From: Candidatus Aenigmatarchaeota archaeon | Lineage (GTDB): Archaea; Aenigmatarchaeota; Aenigmatarchaeia; QMZP01; QMZT01 | Direction of reading: 5' to 3' | DNA: 64,000 bases | Assembly: GCA_026397315.1 (NCBI GenBank) | Contig: JAPLVC010000006.1 | Location: 64,001-128,000 of the forward strand | Shown: positions 31,476 through 40,995 of the stretch, piece by piece | Numbering within the stretch: position 1 is the first letter of the stretch | Layout: each line of letters starts with the position of its first letter | Translations under genes and position numbers: made by a program | The notes under the pieces: generated by a model | What the model was told of the DNA's origin: nothing | Database searches by the model: none | What the model saw: the letters and a program-made list of their open reading frames with translations, nothing else

Positions 31476-32438
31476 TTATTTTTTCCTGCCAAGCTTCGTC
31501 TCTATCTCTATTATGCGCTTCTCGAAGTCCTCCATCATGTGCTGGAACGCTTCCTCGGAAAGCTCCTTCTTGTAGAACTTGCGCTCCGTAATTTCCTTGG
31601 CTTTCCTGAGATTCTGCAGGCCCTCGATAAGTTTCTGCCGCTCTTCGTCCTTTGCCGCGCCTTCCTTGAGTTTCTTCTTCTTTTCCTGGATGTCCTTGAG
31701 TTCCATGGCCTCCAGCGCATCCGCCATATCCTTCTGCGTCTGCTTCTTCTGCAGCTCCATCTCAACCTCGCGTTGCATCCGTTCTTTTTCGAGATCTTCG
31801 ATATTGTCGTCTTCGGTAAGGTCAGTCCGCTTCGATTGTGCCGTTGCGCAGGTTTCTGCCACAGCTTCGCACGCGCCATCAGGAACGCTGAACTTGGCGT
31901 AAAGCGAGGTGAGCAACAGCCCCCATGTCTTGAACTTCTTTTTTATCTCGTCCTCTATGGATGAGCGCGCCTTCTCCGCGAATTCGGGACCAGCGAGCTC
32001 ATTGGCGGATTTCTTCTGAAGCTTCGGCAGGATACGGCCGCACACGACGTCCGACATCATCTGGTCCCAGACGTCGCTAAGGAAAACCTTGTCCCTTTCG
32101 CACATCAGGTTTTTTGAGAAGTGATCTGAATTAAAGACCCTGAACTTGAGCATGAGATTGATGCTTATTGCCCTGCCGTCCAGCGTGCAGACGTTCTTTA
32201 TCTCGTTCGCTAGCGACTTTTCCGACTTGTCGACCATTATTATGTCCGTGAAGTCTTCGAGCACGTTGCTTATGACCAGCTTGCCGCGGCCTTTTTCCAT
32301 GTATATTTCGCCGTTCTTCTCCAGGATGACTGATTCGTCGCCGCTGGCCTCGAATTCCTTGTGCAGGAAACCGGGCAGCTCGTCCCTTCCAAAGCGCTCC
32401 GCTATCAGGTTTTTGTCCCTTTTCCAGCCCATCAGCAT
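31476..32438 (-). CDS. SPFH/Band-7-like protein with C-terminal coiled coil
   Basis: ESVILEKNG, TLDGRAISINLMLKFRV, FKTWGLLLTSL, charged coil. Confidence 0.6.
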   Translation of the reverse strand: MLMGWKRDKNLIAERFGRDELPGFLHKEFEASGDESVILEKNGEIYMEKGRGKLVISNVLEDFTDIIMVDKSEKSLANEIKNVCTLDGRAISINLMLKFRVFNSDHFSKNLMCERDKVFLSDVWDQMMSDVVCGRILPKLQKKSANELAGPEFAEKARSSIEDEIKKKFKTWGLLLTSLYAKFSVPDGACEAVAETCATAQSKRTDLTEDDNIEDLEKERMQREVEMELQKKQTQKDMADALEAMELKDIQEKKKKLKEGAAKDEERQKLIEGLQNLRKAKEITERKFYKKELSEEAFQHMMEDFEKRIIEIETKLGRKK

Positions 32439-32550
32439 CGCTTTAGATTTATTATTAAAAGCTTAAAAAGGACAAACCAATATAAATATTACCTATACTA
32501 TTATACCATACCGCAGTACCGGTTAAGCGGGAAGCTGCGCAAAAGGTGTC

Positions 32551-32967
32551 ATGATGATAAATGAAGTCGCAACAGACAAGCTCATTGAGAAGCTGTCGCA
32601 GGAACTGGAAAAGATGGAAGTCATGAAGCAGCCAGAATGGGCCAGATTCGTGAAGACGGGCGTATGCAAAGAGCGCCCGCCCGCCCAGAAGAACTGGTGG
32701 TACATTCGCTCGGCTTCGGTCCTGCGCAGGCTTTACGCTGAAGGACCTATAGGAGTCTCGAGGATGCGCAGGCTTTACGGCAGCCGCAAAAGGCGCGGCC
32801 ACAAGCCGGAGCACCGCTATCCAGCGTCGGGTTCGGTTATCCGCGAGATTTTCCAGCAGCTTGAAAAGGCAGGCTTTATCAAGAACGAGAAACGCAAGGG
32901 CCGCAGCCTGACTGCAAAGGGAAAGCTTTTCCTCAACGAGGTTTCAAAGGGCGTGGCCAAGCAGTAG
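32551..32967 (+). CDS. rps19e: 30S ribosomal protein S19e
   Basis: PEWARFVKTG, WWYIRSASVLRRLY, SGSVIREIFQQLE. Confidence 0.96.
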   Translation: MMINEVATDKLIEKLSQELEKMEVMKQPEWARFVKTGVCKERPPAQKNWWYIRSASVLRRLYAEGPIGVSRMRRLYGSRKRRGHKPEHRYPASGSVIREIFQQLEKAGFIKNEKRKGRSLTAKGKLFLNEVSKGVAKQ

Positions 32968-32995
32968 GCCCGCTTTTAATGCTCAAGGTTTTGCC

Positions 32996-33271
32996 ATGGA
33001 ATATGCCGATTACAACCAGATGAAGCAGATGCAACAGATGGAAGCCATGAAAAAGCAGCTGCTTGGCAAAATGCTTTCAAAGGAAGCGTACGAGCGGCTT
33101 GGCCGCGTGCGCTTCGCCAACCCCGAGCTCGCCGCGCAGGCGGAAATGTACCTGCTGCAGGTCTACCAGACAGGCAGGCTCGGCATGGTTTCGGATGCAC
33201 AGATGAAGGAAATCCTGCAGCTGCTCACGTCGGGCAGGAGGGATTTCAGCATAAAAAGACAGAACGTCTAA
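32996..33271 (+). CDS. PDCD5-like DNA-binding protein
   Basis: LSKEAYERLGRVRFANPELA; conserved rps19e-PDCD5-rpl39e synteny. Confidence 0.9.
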   Translation: MEYADYNQMKQMQQMEAMKKQLLGKMLSKEAYERLGRVRFANPELAAQAEMYLLQVYQTGRLGMVSDAQMKEILQLLTSGRRDFSIKRQNV

Positions 33272-33287
33272 ATGATTAAGTGATTAT

Positions 33288-33455
33288 ATGAGCAGAAACA
33301 AACCGGCAGGCAAGAAACTGAGAATCGCGGCGGCAAGCAAAGTCAGGTCCGCTCCGCGATGGGCTGACATAAAGAAGTTCGGCCTGAAGCGCGCTCGCAC
33401 GAGAAGAATTCATGTTCATGTCAGGACCAGGAGAAGCGGCCCGCTGAGAGTCTAA
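33288..33455 (+). CDS. rpl39e: 50S ribosomal protein L39e (divergent; not in ORF track)
   Basis: MSRNKPAGKKLRIAAASKVRSAPRWADIKK...; lies directly before rpl31e. Confidence 0.8.
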   Translation: MSRNKPAGKKLRIAAASKVRSAPRWADIKKFGLKRARTRRIHVHVRTRRSGPLRV

Positions 33456-33464
33456 GTGATGTTT

Positions 33465-33977
33465 ATGGCAGAAAAAGCGATAGAAAAGGTTTACACGATT
33501 CCTCTTAGAGGGTGGATGAAAGAGCCGCGGTCGAAACGCAGCAACCGCGCCATCAGAGAAGTCAAGATTTTCGTGACGAGGCATACGAAGTCGAAGACGA
33601 TCAAAATCTCAAAGGGCGTGAACGAGCTCATTTTCAGCCGCGGCTTCCAGAAACCGCCGCGCAGGATAAAGGTCGAAGTCAAAGGCGACAAGGAAACCGT
33701 GCAGGTCAGGCTTCCGGGCGAAAACCTCCAGGAGAAAACCGAGAAGAAAAGCTTTGCAAAAGGCATAAAGGACAGGCTTGGCGGCGGCAAGGCGAAGGAT
33801 GTCAAGAAGAAAGAGCTCAAAGAGCGCGTGGAGAAAGAGTTGAGCAAAGAGAAGGTTGACGAGATTGTTGACAAGGCCATAAAGGAAGAGAAGGCGAAGA
33901 AGCCGGAGCCGTCAGCCGACAAGGTCGAGAAAGAGCTGGAAGAAATAGAAGAGGCAGTCAAGGAAGAGGCGGCATAA
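33465..33977 (+). CDS. rpl31e: 50S ribosomal protein L31e with long charged C-terminal extension
   Basis: YTIPLR...RAIREVKIFVTRH...KPPRRIKV; about 80 extra K/E-rich residues. Confidence 0.92.
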   Translation: MAEKAIEKVYTIPLRGWMKEPRSKRSNRAIREVKIFVTRHTKSKTIKISKGVNELIFSRGFQKPPRRIKVEVKGDKETVQVRLPGENLQEKTEKKSFAKGIKDRLGGGKAKDVKKKELKERVEKELSKEKVDEIVDKAIKEEKAKKPEPSADKVEKELEEIEEAVKEEAA

Positions 33978-34015
33978 AGCCTTATTTCTCCTCTGCAAGA
34001 TTATAATTGATTCTT

Positions 34016-34675
34016 ATGAAACTCACAACGCTCAATTTTGAGAATAACCCGAACATAGGGCTTTTCGCCGTCGCTACAGACGGGTTCTGCCTGACGGGCA
34101 AATTCATCCGCGACAAGGATGCGGAGCTCATGGCCAGCGTACTCAAAGTCCCGGTTCACAAGCTCAGCGTGCTGCGCACGGGCTTCCTAGGCATTTTCTG
34201 CGCCGGCAACTCACGAGGCGTCGTCGTATCAGACAAGCTGCACGACGATGAAATCGCGGAACTAAAGAAAAAAACTCAGGTCCTGGTACTCGACAGCAAA
34301 CAAACGGCCATAGGCAACATTCTGCTCGCGAATGACCGTGGATGCATAATTTCGAAGGAGCTGGAACCGCTCAGAAATCAGATAAGCAAGTTCCTGGGCG
34401 TCGAAACACGTGTCGGCACCATCGCAGGCCTGGATTTAGTCGGCTCGCTCGCGGTCGCGAATTCTAACGGCTGCCTCGTCCACAAGGCGATAACGGAAAA
34501 AGAAAAGGCATTAATCGAAAAGACGCTGGGCGTCTCGCTCATGCAGTCTTCAATAAATTTCGGCAACCAGTGGATACGCTCAGGCCTCGTCGCTAATTCG
34601 AACGGTTTCGTTGCCGGCGACCAGACGAGCGGCCCGGAGCTAGGTCTAATATCCGAGACGCTGGGTTTCCTGTAA
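34016..34675 (+). CDS. eif6: Translation initiation factor 6
   Basis: NPNIGLFA, AIGNILLANDRG, VGSLAVANSNG, TSGPEL. Confidence 0.94.
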   Translation: MKLTTLNFENNPNIGLFAVATDGFCLTGKFIRDKDAELMASVLKVPVHKLSVLRTGFLGIFCAGNSRGVVVSDKLHDDEIAELKKKTQVLVLDSKQTAIGNILLANDRGCIISKELEPLRNQISKFLGVETRVGTIAGLDLVGSLAVANSNGCLVHKAITEKEKALIEKTLGVSLMQSSINFGNQWIRSGLVANSNGFVAGDQTSGPELGLISETLGFL

Positions 34676-34695
34676 ATTTTAAAAATTGCATTTAT

Positions 34696-36354
34696 TTACT
34701 TACCAGGGCACTGGCTGGCTATCGAAGGGTTTATTTTCTTCTTCCCGTATGCCTTGTCGAACTTGGCTGAGAATTCGCTGGCGAGCTTCTGCGCGCGCTC
34801 GTCATACGCTTCTTTGTTGCTCCAGGTGTTCCTCGGGTCAAGGATTTCGCTTGGCACGCCGGGGCAGCTCTTGGGCACTAACAAATGGAATGTCTTGTTC
34901 TCCTCGTATTTGACTTTTTCCAGACTGCCGTTGAGGGCGGCAGTCACCATCTTCCTGGTCATGTCTATGTCTATGCGCTTGCCCACGCCGTACGGGCCGC
35001 CGCTCCAGCCCGTGTTTATCATGTAAACATTCGCTTTGTGGTCCTTCATTTTCTGGCCAAGCATGCCCGCGTAGTCGTCAGGGTTCCTCGACATGAAAGG
35101 CTCGCCGAAGAAGCGAGAGAACGTCGTTTTCGGTTCCACAATGCCCGTTTCCGTTCCCGCGAGCTTGCTCGTGTATCCCATCAGGAACCACAGCATGGCC
35201 TGTTTATCATTGAGCTTCGATACGGGCGGTAGGACGCCGTTAGCATCCGCTGTAAGAAATACGATGGTCTTCGGGTGGCCGCCTACTGACGCCGCCTTTA
35301 TGTTGGAAAGGTATTCCAAAGGGTAAGAGCCTCTCGAATTCTCGGTGAAGCGGTTGTCTGAGAAGTCGAATTTACCGTCAGGATAAATCATCGCGTTCTC
35401 GACGATGGCGCCGTGCTTTATGTGGTCGTCCTTGTGCATTATGGCGTTGTATATCTCAGGCTCTTTCTTCGGGTTCAGGTTTATCAGCTTCGCGTAGCAG
35501 CCATTCTCGAAATTCGCGATGCCCTTGTCGTTCCAGCCGTGCTCGTCATCCCCTAGCAACGCGCGCTCCGGGTCGGCCGATAGGGTGGTTTTCCCGGTAC
35601 CTGAAAGGCCGAGGAACAAAGCCATATCGCCTTTCTTACCCTCGTTTGCCGAGCAGTGGAGTGGCAGGATGCCCTTTTCAGGCAGCATGTAATTCATAAC
35701 AGTGAACATGAGTTTCTTGACACTACCGCAATAAGACGAGCCGAACACGACGCCAACTCTGTTGACGAAGTCGATAGCAATGGCCATGTCGGACGTCGCT
35801 CCGTTTTCCGTCGCGCGGAGTCTGCCTTTATACCTCTCGGGATTGAGCTTGTCGTAAGGCACGGCCAACAGAAGAAATTCAGTGTCGGCGAATATGCTCT
35901 TTTCAATGCCCTTCTGCACTGGCCTGAACATATGATATGTGAAAAGCGAGGTCAGCGCGCTGTCCGTGACTATCGTGACCGGCAGCGAATACGACGTGTC
36001 CGCTCCCAGCGTGCGGTTCTTCACGTAAAGTATCTTTTTTTTCGAGAGCGTTTTCAGCGCGTCCTCGACGAGCATTGCAAAAGTCTCGGGAGTCATGATG
36101 TTGCTGTTGGGCGAGTCCCAGTCGACCGTTTTTGACGTTACCCCGTCCTTTACGATGTAAGTATCTTTCGGGCTTCGACCCGTCGATTCGGGCGGAGTCC
36201 ATTTGGCGAGCGCTCCGTTTTCGGAGATGACGGCTTCTTTTTTCTGTATGACGTCTTTTATCAGGTCCTCGCGCCTCGTGTTCCTGCGCACATCCCTGTG
36301 CTTCGCTAGCGCCGCGTCGAGTTTCTGCCTGAAATCCGCCATGAACATCGCCAT
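34696..36354 (-). CDS. pckA: Phosphoenolpyruvate carboxykinase (ATP)
   Basis: TGRSPKD, LHCSAN, GLSGTGKTTLS, GDDEHGW, TENSRGSYP, NTGWSGG. Confidence 0.96.
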   Translation of the reverse strand: MAMFMADFRQKLDAALAKHRDVRRNTRREDLIKDVIQKKEAVISENGALAKWTPPESTGRSPKDTYIVKDGVTSKTVDWDSPNSNIMTPETFAMLVEDALKTLSKKKILYVKNRTLGADTSYSLPVTIVTDSALTSLFTYHMFRPVQKGIEKSIFADTEFLLLAVPYDKLNPERYKGRLRATENGATSDMAIAIDFVNRVGVVFGSSYCGSVKKLMFTVMNYMLPEKGILPLHCSANEGKKGDMALFLGLSGTGKTTLSADPERALLGDDEHGWNDKGIANFENGCYAKLINLNPKKEPEIYNAIMHKDDHIKHGAIVENAMIYPDGKFDFSDNRFTENSRGSYPLEYLSNIKAASVGGHPKTIVFLTADANGVLPPVSKLNDKQAMLWFLMGYTSKLAGTETGIVEPKTTFSRFFGEPFMSRNPDDYAGMLGQKMKDHKANVYMINTGWSGGPYGVGKRIDIDMTRKMVTAALNGSLEKVKYEENKTFHLLVPKSCPGVPSEILDPRNTWSNKEAYDERAQKLASEFSAKFDKAYGKKKINPSIASQCPGK

Positions 36355-36449
36355 TTAACCCCCGTGGAGTTTATTTATAACCAGTTCCAGACTTATAAGT
36401 TTTGGCTCGCTTGTCACATCTTTAAAATTGATTATATAATATAGTTAGC

Positions 36450-37535
36450 ATGGTTAAGATAAAACAGCTTCCGGAGGACTTTGTTGTCCGCGAAATTTTC
36501 GAGAAGCAGCCGCACAGGGAAGGATGGAAGACGGAAGACGAAGCATATATATGGTGCGACCTGACCAAGCGCAATTACGACCTTTTCCGCGCGCTAAAGT
36601 TTCTGTCGCGCAGGCTCGGCGTCTCGCCGAAGCGCTTCGGCTACGCAGGCACCAAGGACAAGCGCGCTGTCACGACGCAAAAGATATCGGTCTGGAACGT
36701 GCCCCTCGAGCGGCTTCAGGCGGTTCGCCTTAAGGATATAGAGCTTTCAAACTTCGAAGAGGCGAGAGAACGCATTACTCTCGGCGATCTTAAAGCGAAT
36801 GAGTTCGAGATAACGGTGAGAGACATCGAAGAGCGCGAAAAGAAAGCGATTGAACACAATCTGGAAAAAATAAATAAAAAAGGTTTCATCAATCTCTTCG
36901 GCGAGCAGAGATTCGGCAACCGGAATAATACTCATCTGGTCGGCAGGGAAATACTGCGCGGCAACCTGAAGGAAGCGGTCTGGATGTATCTCGCTGGCGA
37001 GGGTGATAATGACGAGGAAATAAATGCATTCAGAAAGCAACTGCGCGAGAGCGGCGACGTGAAAGAGGCGCTCAAGAACTGTCCGCGCGTCCTGCGCAAC
37101 GAACTCATCATGCTGAACCACCTCGTGCACGAGCCGAGCGATTATGCTGGCGCGCTGAGGCGGCTTCCGAAAAAGATGCGCACGATGCTAGTTCATGCAT
37201 ACCAGTCATACCTGTGGAACGAGATGGCTAGGGCGTGCGACGAAGCGACGATTCCTCTTGTAGGGATTGACACGAATTTTTCCAAATACACGACTGCCAG
37301 AAAAATGCGGGAAATAATGGATAACGAAGGCGTCAAAAGCGCCGATTTCAAGATAGATTCGATGCCCGAGCTTTCTTGTGAGGGCGCGGAACGAGAGCGC
37401 ATCGCCGTGGCTGAAAAAATGCAGTGGAATTTCGCCAGCGATGAGCTGAACGCCGGAAAAATAAAATGTATCCTGCGCTTCGCGATACCGAAGGGCTCGT
37501 ATGCCACCGTCCTGATCGATGAGGTGTTCGCATGA
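36450..37535 (+). CDS. truD: tRNA pseudouridine(13) synthase
   Basis: PEDFVVRE, GYAGTKDKRAVTTQ, FGEQRFG, KGSYAT. Confidence 0.95.
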   Translation: MVKIKQLPEDFVVREIFEKQPHREGWKTEDEAYIWCDLTKRNYDLFRALKFLSRRLGVSPKRFGYAGTKDKRAVTTQKISVWNVPLERLQAVRLKDIELSNFEEARERITLGDLKANEFEITVRDIEEREKKAIEHNLEKINKKGFINLFGEQRFGNRNNTHLVGREILRGNLKEAVWMYLAGEGDNDEEINAFRKQLRESGDVKEALKNCPRVLRNELIMLNHLVHEPSDYAGALRRLPKKMRTMLVHAYQSYLWNEMARACDEATIPLVGIDTNFSKYTTARKMREIMDNEGVKSADFKIDSMPELSCEGAERERIAVAEKMQWNFASDELNAGKIKCILRFAIPKGSYATVLIDEVFA

Positions 37536-38233
37536 AAGAGAATTTCATTTCAGTTATAGTCCCGACGTATAATGAGAGAGAGAATATAGCGGTTCTCATC
37601 CCGCGCATTTTCTCGTCTCTCGAAAATAACGCCATGCGCGGCGAAGTTATCGTGGTAGACGACAATTCGCCTGACGGGACGGCTGAAGCTGCGGAGAAGC
37701 TGGGCGGCGAATATTCTGTCAGGGTCCTGCGCAGGCCACGCAAAGAAGGGCTTTCGTCCGCAGTCATAGCCGGTATAGCGAAAGCGGATGGCGATGTGAT
37801 AGGCGTGATAGACGCCGACCTCTCGCACCCGCCGGAGGAGATACCAACACTCGCTAGGCCTGTGCTGGAAAAGAAGGCAGACATTACAGTGGCCAGCCGC
37901 TACGTGCGCGGCGGCGGCATAGAAAATTGGCCAGTGAGCAGGAGAATCATATCGAGAGGCGCTGGTTTGCTGGCAAAGCCCATCGCTAACCTGAAAGACC
38001 CGCTTTCAGGATTTTTCTTTTTTCGCAGAAGCGTTATTGAAGGCAAGGAGCTGAATCCGACCGGCTACAAAATAGGCCTTGAAGTGATAGTGAAGAGCGG
38101 TAGCAAGAGAGTGGCTGAGATTCCATACATCTTCCACGACAGGAAGATCGGCAGCAGCAAACTCGGCATGAAACAGAACCTCGAATATCTGGTGCATCTG
38201 GTCAGATTATATTGGCATAAGGCAAGACAGTGA
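37532..38233 (+). CDS. Polyprenol-phosphate mannosyltransferase (DPM1-like GT2)
   Basis: VPTYNERENI, VDDNSPDGT, DADLSHPPE, SRY, R..G.SKL. Confidence 0.92.
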   Translation: MKENFISVIVPTYNERENIAVLIPRIFSSLENNAMRGEVIVVDDNSPDGTAEAAEKLGGEYSVRVLRRPRKEGLSSAVIAGIAKADGDVIGVIDADLSHPPEEIPTLARPVLEKKADITVASRYVRGGGIENWPVSRRIISRGAGLLAKPIANLKDPLSGFFFFRRSVIEGKELNPTGYKIGLEVIVKSGSKRVAEIPYIFHDRKIGSSKLGMKQNLEYLVHLVRLYWHKARQ

Positions 38234-38234
38234 C

Positions 38235-39713
38235 ATGAGCAGAGGCATGAAAAGCACAAAACGGAATTTTCTGAGTAATGTTACGACATGGTTTTTCAAA
38301 TATAGGGATGAAATATGCGTACTCCTGCCACTTGTTCTCGTGGCGCTCGCCTCCGGCATCTATGTTCACTACCCCGTTTCGATAACTAACGATTCTGCAA
38401 TACACAGCGAGATCGTTAACATCATCGTGCGCCAGGGTTACCCGACTTCCTGGCAGCCATATGCTGATAACGGTTTCACGTATCCGCCGCTTTTCCATTA
38501 CATTGCGTCCATCCCAGTTCTTCTCGGCTTGAACCCGGTAGACGCGGTTAGAATAACAGGTATTATAATATGGTCGCTCCTGCCGCTCTGCTTCTATCTC
38601 CTGGGCTCGCTCTACGGAAGAAAAACAGCCATGGTTTCTGCCAGTCTTTCGATACTCGTGCCTTTCCTCTCGAACGTTTTCATCTTCGGCGAATTCCCGC
38701 AACTGCTTGCGATGGAGCTGCTAGTCCTTGAGATGTACTTCCTTAAGCGGGGAAAATATGTTACGTCAGGGATTCTGGCGGGGCTTGGCGTACTCTGCCA
38801 TCCTTTCATATGGATAGTATCTCTGCTCGCATACCTCTATTATGCGCTGCCCGTGATAGCAAGAAACGTGAAGGCAGCATACATCCTTGTGGTTCCGGCG
38901 GCAGTCGCGCTTCCGTGGATTCCTAAATATTTCCAGATTTTGATGAACGTGCTTTCCGGCAGTTGGCAGAACGTGGTTTACAACGAGTATCAGCCCGTCT
39001 TCTGGTTCTGGCCTCCCGAAACGCTCACGACCTACCTTTTCGGCCTGAACTATTTCACACCCGTCATAATCGCGCTTTCCATGTTCGGTTTCCTGAAAGC
39101 GAAGGACAGGTTCATTAGGCTGTTTTTCGCGGCGACGCTGGTTTTTTCCGTTTACCACATACCTTACACGCAGCTCAAGATATTCGACACGCTCGCAATA
39201 CCCGCTGTGATACTAAGCTCGATAGGAATCACCGAGCTTTCAATGCATGTCAAAAAACACGATGTCAGATACGGAACCGCTATCCCGGTAATGTTTCTCG
39301 TAGCGATGGCATGCATACAGGCGTATCATTTCGACTTTGCCAAAACCGCATGGCCTAACATAATGATATCTCCAGACAAACCCCTTTACGATGCTGCGGT
39401 ATGGCTTGGCGCATACGACGGCGAAGAGGTGAAGATATACGCCGAATCGGCTCCGTCCTGGTCCGGCGCGCTCTCGCGAAAAATACCGCTCGAGCCTGAA
39501 ATAACATACCTCGAAAGCTTCTCGGATAGTTACAAAGAGCAAAGCGAAGCGAACAAAATGATAAAAGAAAGGCTTGATGCGGGTGAGGATGTGACGGGTA
39601 TCGTCGAAAAATACAGCCTGAAATACATGCTGACGAAGCAGGAAACGCGCTTTAGAAAGATATACGAAAAGGGCGGCTGGTTTGTTTACGAAACGGCACC
39701 GCCTTCCGTTTAA
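38235..39713 (+). CDS. Multi-pass membrane protein, probable GT-C glycosyltransferase
   Basis: D in first loop, YPPLFHY motif, about 11 TMs, soluble C-terminus; adjacent to DPM synthase. Confidence 0.65.
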   Translation: MSRGMKSTKRNFLSNVTTWFFKYRDEICVLLPLVLVALASGIYVHYPVSITNDSAIHSEIVNIIVRQGYPTSWQPYADNGFTYPPLFHYIASIPVLLGLNPVDAVRITGIIIWSLLPLCFYLLGSLYGRKTAMVSASLSILVPFLSNVFIFGEFPQLLAMELLVLEMYFLKRGKYVTSGILAGLGVLCHPFIWIVSLLAYLYYALPVIARNVKAAYILVVPAAVALPWIPKYFQILMNVLSGSWQNVVYNEYQPVFWFWPPETLTTYLFGLNYFTPVIIALSMFGFLKAKDRFIRLFFAATLVFSVYHIPYTQLKIFDTLAIPAVILSSIGITELSMHVKKHDVRYGTAIPVMFLVAMACIQAYHFDFAKTAWPNIMISPDKPLYDAAVWLGAYDGEEVKIYAESAPSWSGALSRKIPLEPEITYLESFSDSYKEQSEANKMIKERLDAGEDVTGIVEKYSLKYMLTKQETRFRKIYEKGGWFVYETAPPSV

Positions 39714-39737
39714 ATTTCCCTGAACTAATTTATTCCC

Positions 39738-40988
39738 ATGGACGACCCTGTGATGCTTTTTTCAGGAGCACTGTTTTTCCTGCTTTTCTTAATACTGGGT
39801 TTCATGTTCATGGTAGTGACGGTCGCGTTCTTCAAGAGAAAGAGATGGCCGGATGCTTATGAACCGTTCGTCAGCGTGATAATACCGGCCTTCAACGAGG
39901 AGAAAACCATAGGCCCGTGCCTGGAAGCGTTAAGGGAAAGCCACTACCCGCGGGATAAAGTGGAGATAATTCTGGTGGATGATGGTTCGACTGACGGAAC
40001 CGTCGATATAGCCGAAAAGTTCGGCGGAATTAAGGTAGCGAAGCAGCATCACGGCGGAAAAGTCGCCGCGCTCAACCTCGGCCTTTCGGAGGCGAAGAGC
40101 GAGATAATAATAACCATAGATTCCGACGTCAAGGTCGAGCGCAACTTCATAAAAAACATAGTGCGCCCGTTTTCGGACAGCAAGGTCGGCGCAGTCAGCG
40201 GCGCGGCGAAAGCGGCCAACGACAATAAAATGCTCACGTCTTTCCAGGCCATAGAATACGTATATCACTCGCTCGTCATGGACAGTTTTTCAGCCGTCTT
40301 CGGCACGTCGTTCTGGTTCTGGGGAGCCGTCGCTTCATACAGGAAGGAATCGCTGGACCGCGCTGGCGGCTTCAGCAGCAGCACGTCGAGCGAGGACCTG
40401 GACATGGTGGTCAACATAAAGAAGGCGGGATACAAAACGCTCAGCGTCGGCAACGCGGCAGGCAGGACTTTCGTCCCGTCCAGCGTTAAATCATTATTCA
40501 GACAGAGGATACGCTGGTGGAAAGGCACGCTGCAAATGATGCGCAAGAACAGGGGCATGTTCAGGCCGAGTCAGGGCATGACTTTGATGTTCTTTTTCTT
40601 CTCCCAGATGTTCTGGATTATCTTTTCCTTCCTGGCGATACCGCTGATAACGTATCAGGTATTTTACTGGCTGCCTTACAACATGGCCAGCGCTAGCGAC
40701 TTGTTCCTTTACCTTTTCAGGTGGTTCAACATAACGGGTCCGCTGTACGCGCTTTACATGATACCGGAATGGGGCATAAACCCGCTGTCGATATTCGGCA
40801 TACTTTCAGGCGTCATGTCCCTGGTCATGATGATTTTCGCTTTCGCGTTCTTCAGGGAGAAAATCACCGTAAGAAAAGCGCTGGGGATATTTTTCTACTT
40901 CCCATACACTCTACTCATGAACGTCATGATAATGGCAGGAGCGCTTGAATATGCTTTAAATAGAGGCAAAGGAACGTTTATAAAATAG
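39738..40988 (+). CDS. Processive GT2 glycosyltransferase (cellulose/PNAG synthase-like)
   Basis: DDGSTD, DSD, SED, QRIRW and TMs. Confidence 0.88.
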   Translation: MDDPVMLFSGALFFLLFLILGFMFMVVTVAFFKRKRWPDAYEPFVSVIIPAFNEEKTIGPCLEALRESHYPRDKVEIILVDDGSTDGTVDIAEKFGGIKVAKQHHGGKVAALNLGLSEAKSEIIITIDSDVKVERNFIKNIVRPFSDSKVGAVSGAAKAANDNKMLTSFQAIEYVYHSLVMDSFSAVFGTSFWFWGAVASYRKESLDRAGGFSSSTSSEDLDMVVNIKKAGYKTLSVGNAAGRTFVPSSVKSLFRQRIRWWKGTLQMMRKNRGMFRPSQGMTLMFFFFSQMFWIIFSFLAIPLITYQVFYWLPYNMASASDLFLYLFRWFNITGPLYALYMIPEWGINPLSIFGILSGVMSLVMMIFAFAFFREKITVRKALGIFFYFPYTLLMNVMIMAGALEYALNRGKGTFIK

Positions 40989-40995
40989 GTGCATA

